From contig CAMBFD010000005.1 of assembly GCA_945865625.1 (NCBI GenBank), positions 1-60,442 of the forward strand: DNA of 60,442 nucleotides, read 5' to 3'. Below the pieces are notes generated by a model. The model saw only the letters and a program-made list of their open reading frames with translations. It did not search any database and was not told the DNA's origin. This stretch comes from Chitinophaga pinensis. Its GTDB lineage: Bacteria > Bacteroidota > Bacteroidia > NS11-12g > UBA955. Positions 37,239 to 46,315 of this stretch are shown here, one piece after another. Each line of letters starts with the position of its first letter. The stretch's first letter is position 1. Made by a program: the position numbers and the translations under genes.

Positions 37239-38705
37239 ATGATTGCTTCAATAATTGGCAGTGGAGTGGCAGGACTTTCGAGCAGCATACACCTTGCAAA
37301 AAAGGGATATTCGGTGCATGTTTTCGAAAAAAACGCTACCTACGGAGGGAAACTGAGTCAAATTCAGCTTGAAAATTATCGTTTCGACGCCGGTCCATCT
37401 CTATTTACCATGCCACAATATGTGACAGAAATGCTTGATCAAGAACATCTCGATAAATTCGAATTTGAAAAGCTCGAAATTCTTTGTAATTACTTTTTTA
37501 CCGATGGAACCACTTTTAATGCTCCATCGAATAAAGAATCATTTCTAAGTCTAGCTTCAGATACTTTTCAAGAGCCAGAAAATCAAATAAGAAAATTTCT
37601 CAAGAAATCTGAAAAGACTTATGAAATTACAGCGCCAGTTTTTCTGCAAAGTAGCTTGCACAAGTTGAAAACTTATTTGAGTAAAACGGGAATTTATGGT
37701 ATTCTCAATCTTTGGCGTATCGATATGTTTAGAACCATGAATTCTGCTATATCGTACACCTTTAAAAACAAGAACCTTATCCAAATCTTTAACCGTTATG
37801 CAACCTACAATGGCTCAGATCCATTTAGAGCGCCTGCCACCTTAAATGTAATTCCGCATCTCGAATACCATTACGGTGCTTTTTTGCCAAAAGAGGGCAT
37901 GCAAAGCATTGCTAAAATTTTATATGAACAAGCACTCTCACTTGGGGTAACATTTCATTTCAACTCAGAAGTACGATCAATCTATAAATCAGACAATCAA
38001 TTAACTCATATAGAGTTGCCAAATAAAAAACTCTTTAAAAGTGATATTTTTATTGCAAACTGCGATGCAAAATTGGTCTACAAAAAACTACTGAGGACTC
38101 ATGTCCCTCAAAAAATAAAAAAAGCAGAAAATAGCAGTTCTGCGCTCATTTTTTATTGGGGAATAAAAAAGGAATTCCCTGAGCTCGATGTACATAATAT
38201 TTTCTTCACTGAAGATTATAAACAAGAATTTAATTCAATATTTCAAGCAAAAAATTGCCAAAATGACCCTACAATTTATATTAATATCACTTCAAAAAAA
38301 ATAAAAGTTGATGCTCCTGAGGGATGTGAAAATTGGTTTGTCATGATCAATACACCATGCAACGAAGGTCAAGATTGGGATCGTTTTAGGGCTGAAGCAA
38401 AAGAGAAAATAATTTCTAAACTCAGTAAAACATTGGGTTGCGACATTGCTTCGCTGATAGAAGTTGAAGAGTATTTAGACCCGGTGCGCATTGAACAATT
38501 TACAGGTAGTAACAAAGGAAGCTTATATGGATCAAGTAGCAATCATAGAATGTCGGCCTTTTTTAGACAGGCGAATTTTTCAAGCATCTATAAAAATCTC
38601 TACTTTTGCGGTGGCAGTGTTCATCCTGGAGGGGGAATTCCGCTTTGCTTACTAAGCGCCAAAATACTATCCGATATTATACCAAATGCAAACAGTAGAA
38701 AATAG
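37239..38705 (+). CDS. crtD: phytoene-desaturase-family carotenoid desaturase, CrtD-like (hydroxycarotenoid 3,4-desaturase candidate)
   Basis: About 488 aa. N-terminal FAD fold IIGSGVAGLSSSIHLAKKGYSVHVFEKNATYGGK and C-terminal CGGSVHPGGGIP. Distinct from the canonical crtI at 44275. The track start TTG 37233 is an alternative. Confidence 0.7.
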   Translation: MIASIIGSGVAGLSSSIHLAKKGYSVHVFEKNATYGGKLSQIQLENYRFDAGPSLFTMPQYVTEMLDQEHLDKFEFEKLEILCNYFFTDGTTFNAPSNKESFLSLASDTFQEPENQIRKFLKKSEKTYEITAPVFLQSSLHKLKTYLSKTGIYGILNLWRIDMFRTMNSAISYTFKNKNLIQIFNRYATYNGSDPFRAPATLNVIPHLEYHYGAFLPKEGMQSIAKILYEQALSLGVTFHFNSEVRSIYKSDNQLTHIELPNKKLFKSDIFIANCDAKLVYKKLLRTHVPQKIKKAENSSSALIFYWGIKKEFPELDVHNIFFTEDYKQEFNSIFQAKNCQNDPTIYINITSKKIKVDAPEGCENWFVMINTPCNEGQDWDRFRAEAKEKIISKLSKTLGCDIASLIEVEEYLDPVRIEQFTGSNKGSLYGSSSNHRMSAFFRQANFSSIYKNLYFCGGSVHPGGGIPLCLLSAKILSDIIPNANSRK

Positions 38706-39324
38706 ATTTATTGCCGTTATAGCGGTCATTTATGCAGTAGGAATTGCGGGATTTATGATTCCTAGTTTGAATGCACTTTTCATGTGGCTTACACCAATTA
38801 ACATTCTCGCAACGTTTGTCATTGCATGGATTTTTCATAAAAAATGGGAATTTAACCATGTGCTTATGATCCTAATTATTGGAATCATCGGTTTTTTCAT
38901 TGAGCTCGCTGGGGTGAAAACCCAAGCCATTTTTGGGAGTTATTTATATGGAAAAACATTGGGTGCAAAGTGGCAAGGGGTTCCTTATCTGATTGGTGTG
39001 AATTGGGCGGCAATGATTTTTTATACCTCTAGCCTACTTGCGGGAAGAATTAAAAATAACCTTGGGGTGGCCTTTTTGGGTGCGCTCATTATGACAATCT
39101 ATGACTATTTTTTGGAACCAGTTGCTGTTAAATACGATTTTTGGCATTGGAAAAACGGCATCATCCCGCTTCAGAATTACTTTGTTTGGTTTATCGTAGC
39201 ATTTGTAATGCACCTCATTCTCAATGCAGCTTGCAAACCAATCAAGAATAGAATGGCAACTGCGCTCTTATTTATTCAAATGGCATTCTTCCTTATTTTA
39301 CACATTTACATCAGACTATTTTGA
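38686..39324 (+). CDS. cruF: integral-membrane carotenoid biosynthesis protein (CruF-type carotenoid 1,2-hydratase family candidate)
   Basis: 212 aa, about 6-7 TM segments. Overlaps the crtD-like stop by 20 nt. Family assigned from context and general resemblance, not verified. Confidence 0.5.
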   Translation: MQTVENRFIAVIAVIYAVGIAGFMIPSLNALFMWLTPINILATFVIAWIFHKKWEFNHVLMILIIGIIGFFIELAGVKTQAIFGSYLYGKTLGAKWQGVPYLIGVNWAAMIFYTSSLLAGRIKNNLGVAFLGALIMTIYDYFLEPVAVKYDFWHWKNGIIPLQNYFVWFIVAFVMHLILNAACKPIKNRMATALLFIQMAFFLILHIYIRLF

Positions 39325-39337
39325 TAACCCTCATGAA

Positions 39338-39371
39338 TAAAAAAAACGCCAAACATGTTTGGCGTTTTTTT
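39338..39371. terminator. bidirectional intrinsic terminator between convergent cruF-like and fadD genes
   Basis: A-run, then ACGCCAAACA/TGTTTGGCGT (perfect 10-bp palindromic stem), then T-run. Confidence 0.85.
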
Positions 39372-39384
39372 ATTCTATTTAATT

Positions 39385-41307
39385 TTAAAGCGGGCAATCT
39401 ACACTGTTGTACATAACGTCGATTTCTGCAGTATAGCGCTCCATAACAACTTTACGTTTTACTTTTAACGTAATCGTCATATCGCCATTTTCAACGCTAA
39501 ATGGCTCTCTTTTGACCAAAAAGTTTTTAATGCGTTCGAATTTGGCAAGACCATTGCCCAATTTCTTAGCATCTTCAGCTAACCAAGCGGTTAATGCTGA
39601 ATCATGAATGAATTCATCTCCAGCAGTTAATAAATTAGATTTCGCCGGCAACTGTTCTGCAACCGCCTCGGCACTTGGCACAATTATGGCGGTTAGAAAT
39701 TCCCTTTTGTCGCCAATTAGAAATATTTGATCAATTCTTGCACTTTTCAAGTACATGTTTTCAATTTGAGTTGGATATATATTCTTACCCAACGATGTTT
39801 TTAACATATTCTTCAACCGGTCAGTAATTTTCAAATATCCACGATGAAAACGACCAATATCGCCGGTGTGGAACCAACCATCAGCATCAAAAACATTATC
39901 GGTTTCAGCCTTATTTTGCCAGTATCCCTTCATGATATTCGGACCTTTACACAAAATTTCTCCCTCCACACATTCAAAATCAGGCTTGAAGCTATCGTAC
40001 GTTTGGATTGTTATGATTTCTTTGGTTTCAATATTCTGTATAGCAACCAATTGTCGAGGTCCAACTCTACCAACAGTTCCATACAACTGTCGATCAAATT
40101 CATTCACAGTTACAAATGGTGATGTTTCTGTAAGTCCATATCCTTCCTGAACCTTAAGTCCTAAATTTGCAAAAAACTCACCCACATGCGGAGGCAAAGC
40201 TCCACCACCCGATACAAACATTTTTAAACGTCCGCCCATTTTGGCTTTTATTTTTGAAAAAACCAATTTCTCCGCTAAATTATTTTTAATGGATAAGAAG
40301 ATTCCTACAGAATTCCCAGAATCGATTTGCTTTCTGTAATTCTCTCCCACCCCTAAAGCCCACCAAAATATTTTGGCTTTTATACCGCCTGGTTCAGTTG
40401 CATTTTTTACAACTTTTTCATGAACCCTTTCCAACAACCTTGGAACAGTTGCCATTAATGTGGGTCTAATTTCATTGATATTGGTGGCCACTTTTTCAAG
40501 ACTCTCAGCAAATGCAACTTGTGCACCAATGTAAATTCCTAAATACATGGTTGCCATTCTCTCGAAAACATGACTCAATGGCAAGTATGACAAATACAAA
40601 TCGGTTTTTTCGATGGCGGGACATAATTCTTGTGCGTCATAGCAATCGCTCATGAAATTATAGTGAGTTAACATAGCGCCCTTCGGAACACCAGTTGTTC
40701 CACTCGTATAAATCAATGTTGCTAAATCTTCTTTCCCAACTGTTTCAAATTGTGTTTCAATGGCTACTTTATTTGAGTCAAAACTATTTTTACCAGATTC
40801 AATCACTGAAGAATAATTCACAACTTTGCCCGATTCTTCCATTTCCGAAGGCACAAAAATTACTTTTTGCATAGACGGACATGTATCGTCAACTTTCAGG
40901 TACTTTTTCAACAAGAAAGTATTTCCAACAAACAAAAGTTTTGAACCACTATCATTGATAATAAAGGCAGTTTCTTCTGGTGTTAGAGTTGGATAAATTG
41001 AAACATTGACCAAACCCAATTTTTGCAATGATTGATCTAAGATATAATATTGCGGACAATTCTCAAGTAAAATTGCCACTCTGTCGCCTTTTTGCAATCC
41101 TTCACCAATTAAAAAAGAAGTTACATAATCTAATTGTTCTAAAAGATAAGCATAACTAAATTCAACCCATTGGCCTTTGATTTTTTGAAACAAATATGTC
41201 CGAGATGGGGTATGAATATTATTTGCGGCATTTAAAAATAAATGATGCAATGATTTAAATTGTGGCTCCGACTTAAAACGAGCTTCAATTGAAGATATAT
41301 CTATCAT
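39385..41307 (-). CDS. fadD: long-chain fatty-acid-CoA ligase (AMP-binding family)
   Basis: 640 aa with the AMP-binding motif LIYTSGTTGVPKGAMLTH and GYGLTE. Confidence 0.85.
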   Translation of the reverse strand: MIDISSIEARFKSEPQFKSLHHLFLNAANNIHTPSRTYLFQKIKGQWVEFSYAYLLEQLDYVTSFLIGEGLQKGDRVAILLENCPQYYILDQSLQKLGLVNVSIYPTLTPEETAFIINDSGSKLLFVGNTFLLKKYLKVDDTCPSMQKVIFVPSEMEESGKVVNYSSVIESGKNSFDSNKVAIETQFETVGKEDLATLIYTSGTTGVPKGAMLTHYNFMSDCYDAQELCPAIEKTDLYLSYLPLSHVFERMATMYLGIYIGAQVAFAESLEKVATNINEIRPTLMATVPRLLERVHEKVVKNATEPGGIKAKIFWWALGVGENYRKQIDSGNSVGIFLSIKNNLAEKLVFSKIKAKMGGRLKMFVSGGGALPPHVGEFFANLGLKVQEGYGLTETSPFVTVNEFDRQLYGTVGRVGPRQLVAIQNIETKEIITIQTYDSFKPDFECVEGEILCKGPNIMKGYWQNKAETDNVFDADGWFHTGDIGRFHRGYLKITDRLKNMLKTSLGKNIYPTQIENMYLKSARIDQIFLIGDKREFLTAIIVPSAEAVAEQLPAKSNLLTAGDEFIHDSALTAWLAEDAKKLGNGLAKFERIKNFLVKREPFSVENGDMTITLKVKRKVVMERYTAEIDVMYNSVDCPL

Positions 41308-41400
41308 GTTTGTAGTTTAGAAAAAACAAATATGATAGATAATTTTGATAAAACAAAAATGATAAATCCGTAAAACGGAAAAAATAATTATGGATTAACC

Positions 41401-41970
41401 TTAAACAGCTTCTGCTTCAACAGCTTCAACTTCTGGTACCATTCGCTTGAGTAAGTTCTCAATTCCTGCTTTTAATGTCATTGTTGATGAAGGACATCCA
41501 CTACAGCTACCTTTCATTTGCACAGTTACAACTCCATTGATAAAACTTTTGAAATCAATTGCACCCCCATCCATTTCTACAGCAGGACGAACATGATCTT
41601 CAAGTAATTGCTTAATTTTACGTTCTATTTCAGTTTCTTCATCTGCGCTCAATTCTTTTTTTGCCGAAACTATTTCTTTTCCATCCTCAATCCATTCGGT
41701 GAAAAAATTTCTCAAATCAGGAATCAAATCAAACCATTCGTAATCTGAATTCTTTGTAATACTCACAAAGTTGTTCATGATAAACACACCTTTTACAAAC
41801 GCCATTTCAAACAAAGCATTAGCCAATGCACTATTCTTAACCAAATCCGCATTTCTAAAATCGGCACTATCGTTTGGCAACAACATTCTGTTAGCAACAA
41901 ACTTCATACTCTCAGGATTCGGAGTTGCTTCGGCATATACTGTTACAATATCGTTGATGTTTTTTTCCAT
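41401..41970 (-). CDS. NifU/Nfu-family Fe-S cluster scaffold/carrier protein (Nfu_N + NifU C-terminal domain)
   Basis: 189 aa. The C-terminal GSCSGCPSS CxxC motif is present. Confidence 0.85.
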   Translation of the reverse strand: MEKNINDIVTVYAEATPNPESMKFVANRMLLPNDSADFRNADLVKNSALANALFEMAFVKGVFIMNNFVSITKNSDYEWFDLIPDLRNFFTEWIEDGKEIVSAKKELSADEETEIERKIKQLLEDHVRPAVEMDGGAIDFKSFINGVVTVQMKGSCSGCPSSTMTLKAGIENLLKRMVPEVEAVEAEAV

Positions 41971-41977
41971 GGTATTA

Positions 41978-41985
41978 CAAAATTA
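41978..41985 (-). promoter_or_regulatory. -7 promoter box for the nifU-family gene
   Basis: The minus strand reads TAATTTTG, 7 nt from ATG 41970. Confidence 0.45.
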
Positions 41986-42014
41986 CAACACATTTCACTC
42001 ATTTTGCAATTTTA

Positions 42015-42031
42015 TTTAGAAAGTTTCTAAA
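42015..42031. promoter_or_regulatory. perfect 8+1+8 palindrome, candidate operator between nifU-family gene and radA
   Basis: TTTAGAAA g TTTCTAAA, read directly. Confidence 0.3.
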
Positions 42032-42084
42032 TCAAATTGTCCACAACGAAAGGATATCCCCTCAAAATAAAAGAACTTTGTAAA

Positions 42085-43440
42085 ATGGCGAAAACAAAAT
42101 CAGCTTTTTTCTGCAGATCTTGCGGGTTTGAAAGTCCAAAATGGATTGGCAAATGTCCTGGTTGTAGCAACTGGAACACCCTTTCAGAGGAAGTTAAACC
42201 AACAAATTCTAATCACGCTTGGAAAAAAAGCACGCGTAAAATTGTTGAGGCCAAAAAAATCAATGAGATCCCAGATTTACAGCATAAAAAACTTATTTTA
42301 CCTGACAGTGAACTCAACCTTGTATTAGGCGGCGGACTAGTTTCTGGCGCAGTTGTTTTACTCGGTGGAGAGCCAGGCATTGGAAAAAGTACATTGTTGC
42401 TCCAACTTGCATTGCGAACCCCTGGAAATGTACTATATGTGAGTGGAGAAGAAAGTGAATCGCAAATTAAATTACGGGCAGAACGACTTGGGGCATCTGC
42501 TTCAAATTGCGCCATTCTAACTGAAACTCTCCTCGAAAATATTCTTAAATTAGTAGACGAACATACCCCAGATATACTTATCATCGATTCTATTCAAACA
42601 ATCTATTCCGATGCGCTTGATGCCACACCAGGAAGCGTATCGCAAATTAGAGATTGCACGGGAAAACTCCTCCAATACGCCAAAGAAAACAACGTACCCG
42701 TGTTTTTAGTGGGACATATTACCAAAGACGGGGCCATTGCTGGGCCTAAATTGCTTGAACATATGGTTGATACGGTTTTGCAATTTGAAGGCGATCGCCA
42801 TCATGCTTATCGTATTTTAAGAACCCTTAAAAATCGATTTGGAAGTACTCAAGAATTGGGAATTTATGAAATGCAAGGCACGGGTTTAATTCCCGTGAAA
42901 AACCCTTCTGAAATTTGGCTTGCACAGCGCGATGAACCCCTGAGTGGAATCGCAATTGCCGGTGTTTTGGAAGGAATGCGCCCATTGCTACTTGAAGTTC
43001 AAGCACTTGTAAGCACAGCAGTTTATGGAATGCCACAAAGATCTGCCACAGGCTTTGACTTACGACGATTGAATATGCTTTTGGCCGTTTTAGAAAAACG
43101 TTGTGGATTTAGACTTGCGCAATCAGATGTTTTTATAAACCTTGCAGGCGGACTGAGGTTGGAAGACCCTGCATTGGATTTGGCTTTAATGGCCTCCATT
43201 ATGAGCAGCTACCATGCTGAACCGCTTCCATTGCGTTGCGTTTTTTCGGGGGAAGTTGGTCTTTCAGGTGAAGTTAGGGCGGTACAGCGTATTGAGCAAC
43301 GAATTTCTGAGGCGGAAAAGCTTGGCTTTACGGATATTGTTTTGTCGAAATACAACAAGATTCCGGATTCAAAAGACCGCAAAATCAAAATCCACACGTT
43401 TGGACGTGTGGATGAAGTATTTTCTTGGTTATTTGGATAA
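42085..43440 (+). CDS. radA: DNA repair protein RadA
   Basis: Starts at ATG 42085 (MAKTKSAFFCRSCGFESPKWIGKCPGCSNWN zinc finger). Walker A GEPGIGKST, KNRFG motif, Lon-like C-terminus. Confidence 0.93.
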   Translation: MAKTKSAFFCRSCGFESPKWIGKCPGCSNWNTLSEEVKPTNSNHAWKKSTRKIVEAKKINEIPDLQHKKLILPDSELNLVLGGGLVSGAVVLLGGEPGIGKSTLLLQLALRTPGNVLYVSGEESESQIKLRAERLGASASNCAILTETLLENILKLVDEHTPDILIIDSIQTIYSDALDATPGSVSQIRDCTGKLLQYAKENNVPVFLVGHITKDGAIAGPKLLEHMVDTVLQFEGDRHHAYRILRTLKNRFGSTQELGIYEMQGTGLIPVKNPSEIWLAQRDEPLSGIAIAGVLEGMRPLLLEVQALVSTAVYGMPQRSATGFDLRRLNMLLAVLEKRCGFRLAQSDVFINLAGGLRLEDPALDLALMASIMSSYHAEPLPLRCVFSGEVGLSGEVRAVQRIEQRISEAEKLGFTDIVLSKYNKIPDSKDRKIKIHTFGRVDEVFSWLFG

Positions 43441-43454
43441 TCTATCGCAGCGAA

Positions 43455-44294
43455 TTAAGCCGGCATCATTCGTTCCTGAACATACGATTTTGCCAATAAA
43501 ACTACCTTTTGCGAATTTGGAATGCGAATACGGCTTTGTAAAATTTCTTCAGCCGTGGTTCTTTCAATTTTTTCCATCAGTTTTAAATAATAAATATAAG
43601 CGGTGTAAACACCTAGTCTACAACCCATTGGAAGTTTTTTGATTCCAATTAAGGCGTGATCAAAATCTTTCTTTACATCATGAATGATATCCATTTTTTC
43701 CATATCGGTAAATTGGGTAAAATCGATATTCGGAAAATAAACACGGCCTCTCTCCTCCACATCACTTTTTATGTCCCTCAAAAAATTTACCTTTTGAAAT
43801 GCTGCACCAAGTGATCTTGCATAAGGCACTAAAGCAGTATATTGCACATCATCACCTTTACAGAAAATTTTCAAGCACATTAAACCTACAACTTCAGCAC
43901 TGCCATAAACATACTCATTGTAGCTTATTTCATCGTGGGTTGTTTTGGCTAAATCTTCCTCCATACTATTGAAAAAAGGTTCAATCAAATCATTTCCAAT
44001 TCCGAATTGATTTGCAGCCATTTGGAAAGAATGTAAAACTGGATTCGTGCTTATTCCATCTTCGATAGCTTGATAGGTTTGCTTCTTGAAATCGGCGAGC
44101 AATCTTTCTTTGTTAAATCCGTGAAATGTATCTACAATTTCATCAGCCAAACGCACAAATCCGTAAGTTGAAAATACTGCCCAACGATATTCTTTGGCTA
44201 ATAATTTAATACCCAACGAGAAACTCGTGGAGTAATTTAGCGAGATTTTTCTGCTAATATCTTTCGATGTTTCGTCAAATAATCGGATACTCAT
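43455..44294 (-). CDS. crtB: phytoene synthase
   Basis: 279 aa. NYSTSFSLGI and Asp-rich motifs (RLADEIVD, FLRDIKSD). 20-nt overlap with crtI. Confidence 0.9.
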   Translation of the reverse strand: MSIRLFDETSKDISRKISLNYSTSFSLGIKLLAKEYRWAVFSTYGFVRLADEIVDTFHGFNKERLLADFKKQTYQAIEDGISTNPVLHSFQMAANQFGIGNDLIEPFFNSMEEDLAKTTHDEISYNEYVYGSAEVVGLMCLKIFCKGDDVQYTALVPYARSLGAAFQKVNFLRDIKSDVEERGRVYFPNIDFTQFTDMEKMDIIHDVKKDFDHALIGIKKLPMGCRLGVYTAYIYYLKLMEKIERTTAEEILQSRIRIPNSQKVVLLAKSYVQERMMPA

Positions 44295-45759
44295 TGTTAA
44301 TTCTTTCAGTTACTAATTTTGAACCTATCACTACAATTGGCAAACCAGTTCCAGGAACCGTACTTGCGCCTACATAATATAAATTGTCTAATTTTTCGTC
44401 TTTATTTTTTGGTCTAAATGCACCAATTTGATTCAATCCATGAGCAAGTCCTAATCCACTTCCCTTATATAAATTGAACATTTTTTCCCATTCAATTGGC
44501 GTATACACCGTTTTGGTTATGATATTGTTTTGAATGTCAAAACCAACCCTCTTGCCTAAATCTTCAATAATTTCATTCACCAATGTATCGGCATCATCCC
44601 AATTGGGTTTAACACGACGGTCAGGTACCGGACACAATATGAATAAGTTCTCACAACCTTCTGGGGCACAATTAGGATTGCTTTTGCTTGCAACATTTAC
44701 ATAGTAATATGGTTTGTTGGGCACAACTGAACTTCTAAAAATAGTATCAGCATAATCTCTAAAATTATTGCCTAAATAGTAATTGTGGTGATGAATACCT
44801 GGTATTTGACCTTTTATTCCCAAATAAATTGTGAATGGAGCCAATGTCCACTCCAATTGATCCAATTTCTCTTCTGTAAATTTTGCTCTATTCAAGAATT
44901 TACCTCTAAACCAAGCAGCATCAGCGTTAATTACAAAAAGATCAGATGTATATTCAACACCATTTTGATCAATCACCGTGCTTAATTTACCTTTACTTTG
45001 AACAGCTTTCACAATTTCGGTATTGTAGATGAATTTTACACCTTTCTTTTCAAGCATTGGTAAAATACCCTCAACAATTTTGTACATCCCTCCTTTTACA
45101 TTCCAATACCCATCGTGTTCTAATTCTGTATAATTCAATAAATTATAAACCGAAGGCGTATTGAATGGAGTTGCCCCCAAGAAAAATGCAACCAAAGAGA
45201 AAATGATTTTAACTTCTTCTGAATCGAAATGTCGCTCTAACTCCTGCCAAAAAGTTCTAAATAATTTTGGCAAATGCTTCAAAGGCACTGTTGCCATGCT
45301 CATCAAAAATTGAAGAATGTTATCGAAATTCTTTTTCACAACCCTATATTCAGTATCATGAAAAATTTCCTTAGCCCCAATTAAATACTTACGGGCTTTT
45401 GATTCAAAATCGGCTTCAATGTCTTTAAACTCTAGAGCCAATTTATCCAAATCTTTATAAATTTGGAAAACGCGATCGCTTCCCTCAATATTTACTGTAT
45501 ATAATGGATTCAATTCATTCAATTCAAAAGGTATTGGTTCCCCAATACTTTCAAAAAGTTCCACAAATTCGTAACTCATTGAAAAAAACGAGGGACCTAC
45601 ATCGAAAGTAAATCCATCTTTTTCAAAAACGTTTAATCGTCCCCCAGCATTGTGTTGTTTTTCAACAACGGTAACTTTATAACCCTGATAGCTTAAGCGC
45701 AAAGCCGTAGCCAAACCACCCAAACCTGCACCTACAATTAAAACTGATTTATTTTCCAT
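44275..45759 (-). CDS. crtI: phytoene desaturase
   Basis: Starts at ATG 45759 (MENKSVLIVGAGLGGLATALRLSYQGYKVTVVEK). C-terminal YYVGASTVPGTGLP. Confidence 0.9.
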   Translation of the reverse strand: MENKSVLIVGAGLGGLATALRLSYQGYKVTVVEKQHNAGGRLNVFEKDGFTFDVGPSFFSMSYEFVELFESIGEPIPFELNELNPLYTVNIEGSDRVFQIYKDLDKLALEFKDIEADFESKARKYLIGAKEIFHDTEYRVVKKNFDNILQFLMSMATVPLKHLPKLFRTFWQELERHFDSEEVKIIFSLVAFFLGATPFNTPSVYNLLNYTELEHDGYWNVKGGMYKIVEGILPMLEKKGVKFIYNTEIVKAVQSKGKLSTVIDQNGVEYTSDLFVINADAAWFRGKFLNRAKFTEEKLDQLEWTLAPFTIYLGIKGQIPGIHHHNYYLGNNFRDYADTIFRSSVVPNKPYYYVNVASKSNPNCAPEGCENLFILCPVPDRRVKPNWDDADTLVNEIIEDLGKRVGFDIQNNIITKTVYTPIEWEKMFNLYKGSGLGLAHGLNQIGAFRPKNKDEKLDNLYYVGASTVPGTGLPIVVIGSKLVTERINNEYPII

Positions 45760-46204
45760 TGAAACGTTTGATAAATTTTGGCAATACAAACAAAAATCCA
45801 AATGCCTCCGCACCATCTTTTGTGTGAATCGCATGATGTAAATGATGTGTTTGACGCATCGCTGTAAAATAAGGAATTCTGGTTGTTCTCAACCACTTCA
45901 CTCTTTGATGAACAAATACATCATGAACCAAAAAATAAGCAACCCCATAAAGTGCAATTCCTAATCCTGCAAAGAAGCGCCAATCAGAATTTTGAGCCCC
46001 AACAACAGTTAACCATACAGACGGAATTGCAAACATAAATCCAAACAAATCGTTTAGTTCCCAGGTACCTTTTCTCGGTTTGTGGTGACTTTCATGCCAA
46101 AACCACATAAAACCATGCATCACATATTTGTGGGTAAACCACGCAACGCATTCCATTAAAACGAAAAAGCCAAATAAAACTCCAACATTTGTTACAAAAA
46201 TCAT
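45749..46204 (-). CDS. crtZ: beta-carotene 3-hydroxylase (fatty-acid-hydroxylase superfamily)
   Basis: 151 aa with histidine boxes HESHH, HDVFVH and HHLHH. 11-nt overlap with the crtI start. Confidence 0.85.
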   Translation of the reverse strand: MIFVTNVGVLFGFFVLMECVAWFTHKYVMHGFMWFWHESHHKPRKGTWELNDLFGFMFAIPSVWLTVVGAQNSDWRFFAGLGIALYGVAYFLVHDVFVHQRVKWLRTTRIPYFTAMRQTHHLHHAIHTKDGAEAFGFLFVLPKFIKRFNGK

Positions 46205-46215
46205 ATATATAGGTT

Positions 46216-46240
46216 AAACAAATATAGTACACATTTGTTT
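46216..46240. promoter_or_regulatory. 8-bp inverted repeat with 9-nt spacer, candidate operator of the crtZIB operon
   Basis: AAACAAAT atagtacac ATTTGTTT. The left arm overlaps the predicted -7 box. Confidence 0.3.
46219..46226 (-). promoter_or_regulatory. -7 promoter box for crtZ-crtI-crtB
   Basis: The minus strand reads TATATTTG, 14 nt from ATG 46204. Overlaps the inverted repeat at 46216-46240. Confidence 0.45.
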
Positions 46241-46303
46241 TTTGCAATTTAGAAAAAAATCAATAATCCATAAACTACCATTATACATCGATGAAAATAA
46301 TCT

Positions 46304-46311
46304 TACATTTG
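46304..46311 (+). promoter_or_regulatory. -7 promoter box for murB
   Basis: TACATTTG, 4 nt from GTG 46316. Confidence 0.45.
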
Positions 46312-46315
46312 CAAT

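Noticed and set aside
42037-42045. DnaA-box-like TTGTCCACA
   Set aside because: It is a single copy with a mismatch to the consensus and lies 30 kb from dnaN. That is not evidence for an origin.
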